Positions 55,824 through 64,000 of a stretch of DNA of 64,000 nt are shown here, one piece after another (position 1 is the first letter of the stretch; each line of letters opens with the position of its first letter). A program made the translations under genes and the position numbers. The notes beneath the pieces are model-generated. The model saw only the letters and a program-made list of their open reading frames with translations. It was not told the DNA's origin and ran no database searches. Origin of the DNA: an uncultured Armatimonadia bacterium (GTDB lineage Bacteria; Armatimonadota; Zipacnadia; CAVVLO01); NCBI GenBank assembly GCA_963749155.1, contig CAVVLO010000001.1:640001-704000 (forward strand), given 5' to 3'.

Positions 55824-56717
55824 GTGAAAAGTAATGATCTCAAAACTGTGCAGGCCGAACTGGCTGAATACCTGCGCCAGGTGAAACTCGAGTTGCCCGA
55901 GCGCCGGCTGGCCTTGTCAAAACAACTTGGGCAGCATCTCCTGGTCGAACCGGGCCTGCTTGAGCGTATCGCATCGGCGGCGGCGGCCTTTGAGACTGGC
56001 CTGGTGGTAGAGGTGGGCACAGGCCCAGGCAACCTTACCCTGGCACTTGCCCGGGCTTTCGACCGAGTCGTCGGGGTTGAAGTTGATAAAGGCCTGTTCG
56101 AGCTTGCTTCCGAGTTACTTGCTAGCGAGCCTGGCATTAAGCTTGTTCACGCCGATATCCTCAAACTCTCGCTGCCCGAACTCGTCGAAGGCACTCGGTA
56201 TACGCTGGTCAGCAATGTGCCTTATTCCATCTCGGGGCCCTTCCTTGCGAAGCTGGTACTCGAAGCCGAAGGCCTCGAAGGCGCTGTGTTGATGCTGCAA
56301 AGCGAAGTGGCAAGCCGGATGGCCGCCAGGCCAGGGGCTGCAGCTTATGGCTCACTCAGCGTGCTACTTGGTTGCTATTACCGGGTCGAGCCTCTCTTCA
56401 AAGTGAGCGCATCGGCTTTTATGCCCAAACCTCAGGTCAGTTCGCAGGTCCTGCGCGCAACGCCTTTGGCTGCCCCTCTGCTGCCCTGGGCAGAAGCCCC
56501 GGCACTTGAAGCCTTGCTGCGGGCGTCTTTTGGCTCGCGTCGCAAGCAACTGGCCAATTCGCTCAAGCATCACCTCCAGGCAACTTCACCTGAAGCACTG
56601 GCGAACGCTCTCAGGGCGGCAGGCGTCAGCGGAGAAGCCAGAGCCGAGCAACTTTCGCCGCAGCAGTTCGCAAGTCTGGTTGCCGGCTGCCAGGAGTCGG
56701 GGGTGAGGCTGCTATGA
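55824..56717 (+). CDS. rsmA: 16S rRNA m6,2A dimethyltransferase
   Basis: KQLGQHLL, EVGTGPG, SNVPYSIS, MLQSEVA, YGSLSV, RRKQL; GTG start inferred. Confidence 0.93.
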   Translation: MKSNDLKTVQAELAEYLRQVKLELPERRLALSKQLGQHLLVEPGLLERIASAAAAFETGLVVEVGTGPGNLTLALARAFDRVVGVEVDKGLFELASELLASEPGIKLVHADILKLSLPELVEGTRYTLVSNVPYSISGPFLAKLVLEAEGLEGAVLMLQSEVASRMAARPGAAAYGSLSVLLGCYYRVEPLFKVSASAFMPKPQVSSQVLRATPLAAPLLPWAEAPALEALLRASFGSRRKQLANSLKHHLQATSPEALANALRAAGVSGEARAEQLSPQQFASLVAGCQESGVRLL

Positions 56718-57622
56718 CCAGTTACAGACTGGCTGCGCCCGCCAAAATCAACTTGCTACTAAGAGTGACAGGAAGGCGCGAGGATGGCTTTCACGAGTTA
56801 GTCTCCATTTTTCAGGGGCTGGACTTCGCAGACCAGCTAAGCCTGCGATGCAGCGCGGAACCTGGCACTCGACTCACTATCGAGAACGCCCCTGACCTGG
56901 ACGCAGGCCCCGGCAACCTGGTTACGCGCGCGCTGATGGCTTATGCCGAAGCTGCCCAGCTTGAGGGGGGCCTGGAGTGCGCGCTTGAGAAACATATCCC
57001 GCTTGCCGGAGGGCTAGGGGGAGGCAGCAGCGATGCCGCCGCCGCGCTGAGGCTGGCCGAAGCTGCTCAAGAAGGGTCCCTCGGTGTTGAGAAGCTGCAT
57101 GAGGTCGCCGCTTCACTAGGCTCGGATGTGCCCTTCTTCTTGCACCTTCCGACGGCGCTGGCTCGGGGAAGGGGCGAGTGCTTAAAACGCCTTGCCCCCC
57201 CTTCCAGACCTCTTTGGGTCGTCCTGGCCGTACCGCCCTTTGGGTGTTCGACACCCGAGGTCTATCGCAGGCTGGCAGGCAGGTTCACCCAGGCAGCGCA
57301 AGCGGAAGCAGAGGCTCGCCAGCTGGCTGAGGCGCTAGCCCGGGGCGCTTCGGCTGCAGAGCTTGCTCCACTGCTGGCTAATGATCTCCAGGCGCCGGCG
57401 CTCGAAGTGGCCCCTGGGCTGGGCGACTTGATTGGATTACTCGAGGAGTGCGGGGCCCCGCGCGCGCTGGTCTCAGGCAGTGGCAGCACAGTCTTTGCAC
57501 TGGTTGACAGTTCGACCAGGGCCTCGTGGCGAGTTACTCAGGCCCTCTCCAGGACATCCCAAACCAGCTTTACAGTCACCAAGATCCTGGCCTCGGCGCC
57601 GGAGGTAATCGTATGCGAATAA
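56714..57622 (+). CDS. ispE: 4-diphosphocytidyl-2-C-methyl-D-erythritol kinase
   Basis: APAKINLLL, KHIPLAGGLGGGSSDAA, LGSDVPFF, SGSGSTVF. Confidence 0.95.
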   Translation: MTSYRLAAPAKINLLLRVTGRREDGFHELVSIFQGLDFADQLSLRCSAEPGTRLTIENAPDLDAGPGNLVTRALMAYAEAAQLEGGLECALEKHIPLAGGLGGGSSDAAAALRLAEAAQEGSLGVEKLHEVAASLGSDVPFFLHLPTALARGRGECLKRLAPPSRPLWVVLAVPPFGCSTPEVYRRLAGRFTQAAQAEAEARQLAEALARGASAAELAPLLANDLQAPALEVAPGLGDLIGLLEECGAPRALVSGSGSTVFALVDSSTRASWRVTQALSRTSQTSFTVTKILASAPEVIVCE

Positions 57623-58377
57623 GCGCTGCTCTGCTGGCTGGAGGCAAGCCCGGAGACAAGCTGGCGGTAGCTGCCGGCGTGCCCGTCAAAGTGATGGCTC
57701 CGATTGCGGGCAAGCCTATGGTGAGTTATGTACTGAAGGCCTTGCGAGGTGCTCCCTCTGTAAGCGAACTTGCCTTGATAGCTGATGAGCCGGCCTATTC
57801 GGCAAGCGGGGCGGCGGCCTCCGAGCGACGCATACCTACCCAGGGAAGCTTCTCCGGCAACGTGCTGGCCGCTCTGGACGCCTTTCCCGAGGCGGAGCGC
57901 GTGCTGATGGTGTCGGGAGATATCCCCTTTGCGACCTCGGAGCAGATTGAGGACTTCATCGGGGCCGCGGTCGCCCTGGACTGCGACTTCGCTTATCCCA
58001 TTGTAGACAAGAAGGACGCTCTCAAACTTGATGAGCATGGCAAACATACCTTCGTCCACACGAAAGAGGGCACTTTCACCGGGGGCAACCTGATGCTGGT
58101 CAGGGGCACCTGGATCCGGTCTCACCGCGAGCTGGTGGAGTCGGTACTGGAGGCGCGCAAGAATCCTGTAAAGCTGGGCGCCCTCATCGGGCCGACTATC
58201 GTGATGCAGGCGCTCTTCGGAAGGCTTAGTGTCGCTGGCGTCGAGAAGCTGGCCCAGAATAAACTGGACTGTCATGCCAGAGCCATCATAACTCCCCATG
58301 CGGCGCTTGGGATTGATATAGACACGCCCGAGGCGCTGGTCTGGGCCGAGTCTGTTTTGGCCAAGCGCTCGGGTTAA
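57613..58377 (+). CDS. MobA-like NTP transferase family protein
   Basis: LLAGG, IAGKPMV, SGDIPF, FTGGN, DIDTP; SD GGAGGT. Confidence 0.8.
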   Translation: MRISAALLAGGKPGDKLAVAAGVPVKVMAPIAGKPMVSYVLKALRGAPSVSELALIADEPAYSASGAAASERRIPTQGSFSGNVLAALDAFPEAERVLMVSGDIPFATSEQIEDFIGAAVALDCDFAYPIVDKKDALKLDEHGKHTFVHTKEGTFTGGNLMLVRGTWIRSHRELVESVLEARKNPVKLGALIGPTIVMQALFGRLSVAGVEKLAQNKLDCHARAIITPHAALGIDIDTPEALVWAESVLAKRSG

Positions 58378-58393
58378 AGCCTTTCTCCGGGCC

Positions 58394-58477
58394 TTTACCT
58401 GACCGCCCGGCTGTGTTATTATCGCGCGGCCCCAAGGCTTTGGCCAGTTGACCAGCCAAGGCTGATTTTGTTACACT
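58394..58477 (+). promoter_or_regulatory. Tandem sigma70-like promoters
   Basis: TTTACC-N17-TATTAT (58394-58422) and TTGACC-N18-TACACT (58448-58477), both with extended TG. Confidence 0.55.
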
Positions 58478-58506
58478 CGGGGTTCTGTTGAAAGGAGTTT
58501 GAGTGG

Positions 58507-58719
58507 ATGCCTACTTCTCTAAGTAAAGTGGATTACAGCGCGCTACGTGCTTACGATAGCAAGCCGCTGGAAGAGCTCGATGTCGAAGTAATGGGAACTA
58601 TCACCCGCGAGTTCAACGAGCGGAAGCTAGCCTATATCGACAAGCGCCAGGGCAAGGGAAAGAAAAAGAAGAAGCGCGGCCGGCGCGGCAGCAACAACAG
58701 CAGCGACAAGAAGGATTAG
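58507..58719 (+). CDS. Small hypothetical protein with Lys/Arg-rich C-terminus
   Basis: 70 aa; SD AAAGGAG; own promoters; fills the gap before the tRNA. Confidence 0.7.
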   Translation: MPTSLSKVDYSALRAYDSKPLEELDVEVMGTITREFNERKLAYIDKRQGKGKKKKKRGRRGSNNSSDKKD

Positions 58720-58733
58720 TAAGAGGGTATCTC

Positions 58734-58810
58734 GGCGGCGTAGCTCAGATGGTCAGAGCGCGCGGTTCATACCCGCGTGGTCACTGGTTCAACTCCAGTC
58801 GCCGCTACCA
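58734..58810 (+). tRNA. tRNA-Met (CAT), elongator type
   Basis: Cloverleaf GGCGGCG...CGCCGCT-ACCA, anticodon loop TTCATAC, GGTTCAA T-loop, encoded CCA. Confidence 0.95.
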
Positions 58811-58819
58811 ACATATTGA

Positions 58820-58851
58820 GGGGCGCCAGGCTTGGCCGGGCGCCCCGTTTT
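58820..58851 (+). terminator. Intrinsic terminator after tRNA-Met
   Basis: GGGGCGCC...GGCGCCCC-GTTTT. Confidence 0.7.
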
Positions 58852-58877
58852 CACGTGTGCAGGGTGTCTGCTGGAGC

Positions 58878-60715
58878 CTACAGTTCCCCGGTATCCACAA
58901 TCTCGGCTGGCGGCACAGTCACGGTGAAAGTGCCTTCCGACGTTGTGATCCGTGCCTCCGATGGGGTCTCTTCCGCATTGAAGAGCAGCCAGCGCCCCGG
59001 CTCCACCTCACTGGCGAACACCTGCCCGCTGTATTGCTGCTCGACGACCGGCAACCCTGACTCGTCGAGTGTCGCGTAGAGCCTCGGAGCAAGCTCTCCC
59101 AGTGAGGCGCACCGTTCCACACTGCCCTTGCCAAGATCGCGTCCACCAGGGGTCTCGCCGAAAAGCAACTGCTCCGGCAGCGCGTCACCTTCGACCGTCT
59201 CCAGCTTCGGCACGTTCACCACGAACAGCCTGCCGCCGGCCTTCACCCAGTCGGCGATGCGATGCGCGTCAGCTGGCTCCAGCACCTGGCCGTGCACCAT
59301 CACCAGAATCGGGTACTTAACCAGCGCGCCCGCCTTCAGCAGGCTCTCGTCCACGTAATCCAGGTCCGTCAGCTTGCGCAGCAGATAGGCGTCACCCCAG
59401 TGCGCGAGGTAGCTGTTCTCCAGCGTCAGAGTGACATTCGGATACCAGAGCGCCACATGGATCTGCGGCTCGGGCACGTGGAAGAGATACTGCAGATGGG
59501 CCTCGATAACGGCCCTCTGGGTAGGCTTCTTCACCGTGTTGTAATGCTTGTCCGCAAGCTGCACGGCGCCCGAGGTGGTCGCATTGAAGATGCGCGCGAC
59601 GGCGCCCAGTTCGTTCTCAAGCGCCGCCGGCTCGAAGCCGAAATACGCGCCATAATAGCGCCCCGCCGAGGCCACCCACCGGGTGTGCATAAAGTTGCCG
59701 GCGAAGTCCGACCCCTCGTTAGTGATGCGCACTCCCGCCCCGTGCGCTGCCGCGACCCGGCACTGGTCGGCGAACTGCGAGCCATGGTCGGATGGGCATC
59801 TCCGCCCGTGCACAGGTAGATCTGCGTGTTCGGGAAGTGCTTGCGCGCGTCCGCGAGCCACCAGTCCGACAGGTCTGTCATCGCCTCGCGGTACCACGTG
59901 ACGAAGTCCAGCCATCGGCGGCGCTCCTGAGGAGTCGCCTTCAGCACACCTACGTTTACCTGGGGCAGGTCCTCACCGCGCGCGGGATAGTCCACGGTCT
60001 CGAAGCTCTCATACTGCGTCCCCCAGGCCTGGTTCAGCAGCGAGAGAGCGCCATACTTGCGCCTCGCCCAGTCGCGGAAGTCCGCGAGCGCGTATTCATC
60101 TCCGCACCAGAAGCCCGCGTGGTTGTGATACTCGCCGGGGACGTTCTTCGTCCACGTCCCAGCAACTGAATAGATGGCCTCTCCGAAGTCGCCCTGGATG
60201 CCCAGGTTGACCGATTCCAGTATGCCAGTCGCCGCATAGCGCTCGGCGAAGGTGGCAAGGAACCTGTCCACTCGCGCCTTCAGGAAGGGGTTCCACAGCG
60301 ACTCTATCTTGCTGGTGATGCCGTGTTCGAGGCACACACAGCCGACATGCTCCTCGCCCTCGCGGAACCAGTCCGGCGTCGAGTAGGCGGGCCCCAGGAT
60401 GAGGAAGGGGATCCACTTCAGCCCGTGGCGCTGGAGCGTGGCGGCGGTCTGGTCCCACTTCGACCAGTCCCACTGGCCATCGCCCGCGCGCTCGCAGGTC
60501 TCCCAGGTCACATAGGTCTGGATGCTCGTGCCGCCCATCGCTTTCCAGTCGGCAGCGATCTGGTCGAGGTCGGGCAGCACGCCCTCGAGGATATCGTCAA
60601 TCGTGTAGCTCATACCGCGCGCGCCGGGTCCCCCGGCGAGTTCCTGGCTCATAGCGCCCTCCAGGCAAAACAGGATCAGGGCCAGCAGGCCCACCATCAC
60701 AAGCGTACCGCGCAT
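58878..60715 (-). CDS. Secreted GH14/GH42-like TIM-barrel glycoside hydrolase; frameshift near 59775
   Basis: YVTWETCE...GQWDWS, YSTPDW, GDFGEA, RRKYGALSLLNQAWG, ITNEG, FEPA. Confidence 0.7.
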
Positions 60716-60747
60716 CAGGCTTCCCTCCAAGGCTCACTTAGAGGCAG

Positions 60748-60774
60748 GTTCGCGATGGGGAAGGCGCCTCCTGC
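60748..60774 (-). promoter_or_regulatory. Putative alternative-sigma (sigmaH-like) promoter, site C
   Basis: GCAGGA-N15-GCGAAC, 32 nt before ATG 60715. Confidence 0.5.
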
Positions 60775-60840
60775 GCAACTCGCCTAACGGGTATACAATC
60801 TAGTCAGCTGCTGCAATATGTAACTGGGGGAGTAGAGCCC

Positions 60841-61842
60841 ATGAAGTTCATACTATCTTCCGTAGGTTCCGCAACGCACCCTCGCACAATACTCGCTACC
60901 GGATGGCCAGACCGAGTGCTGTTGTTGGGTACCGTCCTCCTGCTCCTGGCCAGCCTTGTCACGGCCGATGACGACCTTGTCATGCTGAGAACACAGCTTC
61001 AGCAACTCCAGACTCGGATCGAGGCACTGGAGCAGGCCAACCAGGCGCTCCACCAGCAACTCACTGTCGACAGGCTATTGGTGAAGCAGGAACTCATCAT
61101 CTCCGACACCGGCCAGCCGTGGGAGCAAGGCTTCGAGACCCAGGAGATCCCTCGCGGCTTCTACGCTCGTTCACAGTGGGACGGCGGCTCAGCGGGTCTC
61201 TGGGTGCGTAGCAGACTCATTAAGGGGGAGCTCGATGATCCTTTCGATGACCGGTTCCACGCACTCAATCGTGACGGCACCCTCACGGGCGTGCCGGGAC
61301 ATATCTCGTGGAACGTTTGGTTAGATGGCACATGGCGGCAGATGGTTCTCATCGAGGGCGGTGGGGTCGACTACTCCGAATTGCCCCTCGCCCAGTGGTC
61401 GGGTGCAAGCCATCCCGGTCGCCTTCGATTCCTCTCGTTCCGCCCTGATCACGACGAGCCATTGACTGACGCCCTTATCGGCCAAGGGATGATGTCACTT
61501 GGTGGCGGGGGTTATGGCGGGGAAGGGCTACCATATCCGAAGCAGGTCCTCCAGCTCTGGGGCGGCTCGTTGACCCAGTTTCCAGTGGCAACGCCCAGTA
61601 AGCCAAGTACGTTGAGCGACGACGGTTCTGGGCCACACACTTATTCCATCATCGCTGTAGGCCCTCAGGGAGAGCGGTCAGCCCCTTCGCCCGCAACGCA
61701 GGCAGACGGGCTGGCAACGCTACGATGGGGCGATGCAGCAGGTGCCGATTGCTATGTTGTGCTACGCGACGGAGAAGAAGTCTCGGGCTTCCTGTACTTG
61801 GAGGGCAAGACGAAAGAGTGGACCGACCAAGGCTCACACTAG
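60841..61842 (+). CDS. Exported hypothetical protein (coiled coil, beta-rich body, FN3-like tail)
   Basis: Hydrophobic N-terminus; LQQLQTRIEALEQ; TYSIIAVGPQGERSAPS; SD GGGGAG. Confidence 0.65.
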   Translation: MKFILSSVGSATHPRTILATGWPDRVLLLGTVLLLLASLVTADDDLVMLRTQLQQLQTRIEALEQANQALHQQLTVDRLLVKQELIISDTGQPWEQGFETQEIPRGFYARSQWDGGSAGLWVRSRLIKGELDDPFDDRFHALNRDGTLTGVPGHISWNVWLDGTWRQMVLIEGGGVDYSELPLAQWSGASHPGRLRFLSFRPDHDEPLTDALIGQGMMSLGGGGYGGEGLPYPKQVLQLWGGSLTQFPVATPSKPSTLSDDGSGPHTYSIIAVGPQGERSAPSPATQADGLATLRWGDAAGADCYVVLRDGEEVSGFLYLEGKTKEWTDQGSH

Positions 61843-61856
61843 GGCTGCTAGCAGGG

Positions 61857-61903
61857 GTCCTTCGACATGGCTCAGGACAGGTGTGGGGTATGACCCCCAC
61901 GCC
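61857..61903. repeat. REP-like palindromic element(s)
   Basis: GTCCTTCGACATGGCTCAGGAC hairpin followed by GGTGTGGGG-TATGA-CCCCCACGCC hairpin. Confidence 0.4.
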
Positions 61904-62025
61904 TTCCGCCCTTCGCTGTGAATTCCCGATCCTTTTAGTCTGATTTAGCCTTTATCTTTCTGGGTAGAAACCCAGTGGCGGGCAGTTGCGTATATAATAG
62001 ATATAGTGGAAAACGGAGGTGCGAG

Positions 62026-62160
62026 ATGGCAGCTCCTGCTTCGAGCAACCAGATGCCACTTGCGCGTTGGGGCTTGCTGCTGGGCCTCTCTCCTTGGCCT
62101 GGGGCTGCCCGAGGCCCTGCCTCTGCTGCGGAAACGTCTCGAAGGAGGCCACCGAGATGA
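62026..62160 (+). CDS. Putative 44-aa upstream ORF
   Basis: SD GGAGGT 5 nt before ATG; stop overlaps the next ATG (ATGA). Confidence 0.35.
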   Translation: MAAPASSNQMPLARWGLLLGLSPWPGAARGPASAAETSRRRPPR

Positions 62161-62903
62161 CCCTCAAACGCAGGCTTAACGCTTTCACCCTGGTAGAACT
62201 GCTGATCGTAATCGCCATCCTGGCGGTGTTGGCGGGCATACTTTTCACCGTCTTCGCCCCTGCGAAGGAGAAAGCCCGCCAGACGCAGTGCATCAGTAAT
62301 TTGAAGCAAGTGGGGATGGCAGTCCTGCTCTACAGACAAGACTACGATGGGCAGTGGCCTGCAAGCCTGCGGCACGTGTATGCTGGCTATGTCTCTTCTC
62401 ATAAGATGCTCGTGTGTCCTGACGACGGAACAAGCGAGGCGCAGCGCGCGGAACAAGAGGCAGCGACCCACGCGCCATACTGCAGCTATGACGCCAGCGA
62501 TGGGCTCCCGCGCATCTCGGGGGTCAGAGTAGCCAAGCTGCTGGCCCAGCAGGATGTATCCTGTGACGAGCTGGCCACGGCCATCCTCTACCACCGTCTA
62601 GCAGAACCGGTTGCCTTTGACTGCCTGTATCCGGCATGTGGCGCCCGGCGCACCCGACATCGTTGCGGCTCTGACAGACGACTTCCTGCGCGGTGATGAT
62701 CGGTCGGTACTATTGGTGCTGGAACAGGACGGCCGAGGGACTGCATGCGCATCATTCCAATCTCGGGCCAGAGCAGATGGTGTCTATAGCGTCAGCGTAC
62801 GCTGCCTGGAGTGACTGCACCTGAGGAGTGGCTAGCGATGCTGGCTGAGGTAAAGGATGCCTTCTAACATGCGCCGAAGCAGGGTTGCGAGGAGGAGGAG
62901 TGA
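62157..62903 (+). CDS. Prepilin-type N-terminal methylation (DUF1559-like) protein 1; frameshifted, 3' end approximate
   Basis: AFTLVELLIVIAILAVLAGILF...KEKARQTQCISNLKQ, LVCPDD. Confidence 0.75.
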
Positions 62904-63020
62904 GATGACAAAACGGGGTTTCACCCTGGTAGAACTGCTGATTGTAATCGCCATCCTGGCGGTGCTGGCGGGCATACTTTTCACCGTCTTCGCCCCCGCG
63001 AAGGAGAAAGCTCGCCAGAC
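62183..63020 (+). repeat. 102-nt direct repeat (62183-62284 and 62919-63020)
   Basis: 98/102 identical by manual alignment; four synonymous differences. Confidence 0.9.
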
Positions 63021-63644
63021 CCATTGTATGAACAACCTCAAGCAGCTCGGGGCCGCCATCCTGCTCTACAAGACGGATTATGATGGGGGCTGGCCACGAG
63101 CGCTGCGGGAGACTTACCCGCAGTATGTATCGAGCGATGAGGTGTTCGTGTGCCCAGATGACGGCGCCACCTCGGATATGCGCGAGTCTTTCAGGGCCGT
63201 TATACGGCCTCTACCTGCTCATACGGCAGGTGCGGCGGTGATTCCTGGCCCTCTCTGTCCGGCGACGGCCTGCGGCGCGCCTTGGCCAGTCCAGTACGCG
63301 ACTGCAGACCATATCGCTGCCGAGATGATAGCTGCGATTACGCCTCGCGCTTCCCGCTGCTGATGTGCTACTACCACTTGCTGCCTGGGAGCGACCCCGA
63401 CAAGCACGAGTGGCACCAACTGCTGCATGATAACGATGTCCACTCCGTCATCCCCACGCTGAACCAGGACGGCAGTGTGCAGTTCATCACCACTCCGGGC
63501 AGGTGGGGCCGGGCCATCGTCCCAGCGCTCCACAACCACCTGGGACTAACTTCGGGGCAGTGGTTCGCCCTGCGAGACAAGTATATCCAGAAGGCCATCG
63601 ACCAGGGCTTGTGCGACAACGATGAGGGCGAGGAGGAGGACTAG
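62905..63644 (+). CDS. Prepilin-type N-terminal methylation (DUF1559-like) protein 2; frameshifted
   Basis: GFTLVELLIVIAILAVLAGILF...RQTHCMNNLKQ, FVCPDD; C-terminal part in ORF 63282-63644. Confidence 0.78.
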
Positions 63645-63647
63645 TCT

Positions 63648-64000
63648 ATGCGTAATCCTTTGATGCGACTCTCCGGGCGGGTGAGGCGCTGGCTGATTAG
63701 AGGACTGCTCTCGGTGCTCGTGCTGGCGGCGCTCTCAGGGCTCGGTCTGCTTGGCTGGAAGCTCTTCTACCCCACCACTACAGCCGGCCATCAGGAGGCC
63801 TGCATAAGCAACCTGCACCAGCTCAGTATGGCCATCTTCGCCTATAAGCAGGACTGGGGCAAGTGGCCGTATGGCTTCAGAGCTTTCTATCCTGCTTACC
63901 AGCGCGACTCGTCAGTGCTGCTCTGCCCCGACGACCGCACCAGGCCTGAGCGACGCAAAGAGCTCGAGGCCACTTTTGGCGCCTACTCGAGCTATCTGAC
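63648..64000 (+). CDS. Pseudopilin-like paralog 3 without prepilin cleavage motif (runs off window)
   Basis: Manual translation: TM segment then ACISNLHQLSMAIFAYKQDWGKWP...LLCPDD. Confidence 0.7.
   Translation, partial: MRNPLMRLSGRVRRWLIRGLLSVLVLAALSGLGLLGWKLFYPTTTAGHQEACISNLHQLSMAIFAYKQDWGKWPYGFRAFYPAYQRDSSVLLCPDDRTRPERRKELEATFGAYSSYL

Noticed and set aside
58734..58810. Initiator tRNA-fMet or tRNA-Ile2 identity
   Set aside because: No C1:A72 mismatch or three consecutive G-C anticodon-stem pairs; sequence resembles elongator Met, though Ile2 is not formally excluded without a covariance model
62183..63020. Diversity-generating retroelement TR/VR pair
   Set aside because: Differences are synonymous, go in both directions, lie in the constant N-terminus, and no reverse transcriptase is seen
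1916..63644. Programmed frameshifting or stop-codon recoding as the cause of split genes
   Set aside because: Breaks hit unrelated genes, show no common slippery site that I could see, and are frame changes rather than in-frame stops
1..64000. CRISPR array, IS element, integrase, prophage or rRNA
   Set aside because: No regularly spaced repeats or recognisable mobile-element, phage or rRNA sequence seen
1..64000. Many long antisense and alternate-frame ORFs in the track (for example 5966-6514, 9415-10584, 31801-32670, 57538-58299)
   Set aside because: Shadows of well-supported genes in a GC-rich genome; no recognisable motifs

Overview
A gene-dense, GC-rich bacterial chromosomal window. The gene content (DUF1559-like pseudopilins, a DUF6785/6784 transporter, a UroD-family protein, and several secreted glycan-active proteins) suggests Armatimonadota or a similar lineage; this is inference. 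Layout: (i) 1-14.3 kb, + strand run: murJ, GT4, GT2, Trm112-like, GT2, O-antigen ligase-TPR, aroQ, Xaa-Pro peptidase, UroD-like, a large secreted GH-like protein, mutS2. (ii) An M14 peptidase-alr-M14 peptidase unit. (iii) Btu/Fec-type ABC permease and ATPase, a Gly/Met/Pro-rich exported protein, a TolB-like protein, a DUF6785 transporter and a YprB-like nuclease. (iv) A long - strand block of glycan-active genes (GxGYxYP, GH38, two GH99-like, GH129/101-like) with crcB, a divergent pfkA, a Ca2+ P-type ATPase and a CaCA exchanger, facing a divergent ClC gene. (v) Housekeeping genes: argS, CBS-DUF1385, rpmB, a sensor kinase, a G5/3D protein, rsmA, ispE, an NTP transferase, a small basic ORF and tRNA-Met. 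(vi) An accessory tail with a GH14/42-like gene and a tandem pseudopilin-like array. Roughly 15 genes are split by frameshifts, most plausibly uncorrected sequencing indels. No CRISPR array, integrase, transposase or rRNA was seen. Best leads: a shared sigmaH-like AGGA-N15-GC(C/G)AAC motif in front of three secreted glycan-active genes; a pseudopilin array with a sharply bounded, homogenised 102-nt N-terminal segment; a crcB leader with promoter plus terminator-like hairpin but no canonical fluoride riboswitch; and the M14-alr-M14 unit.
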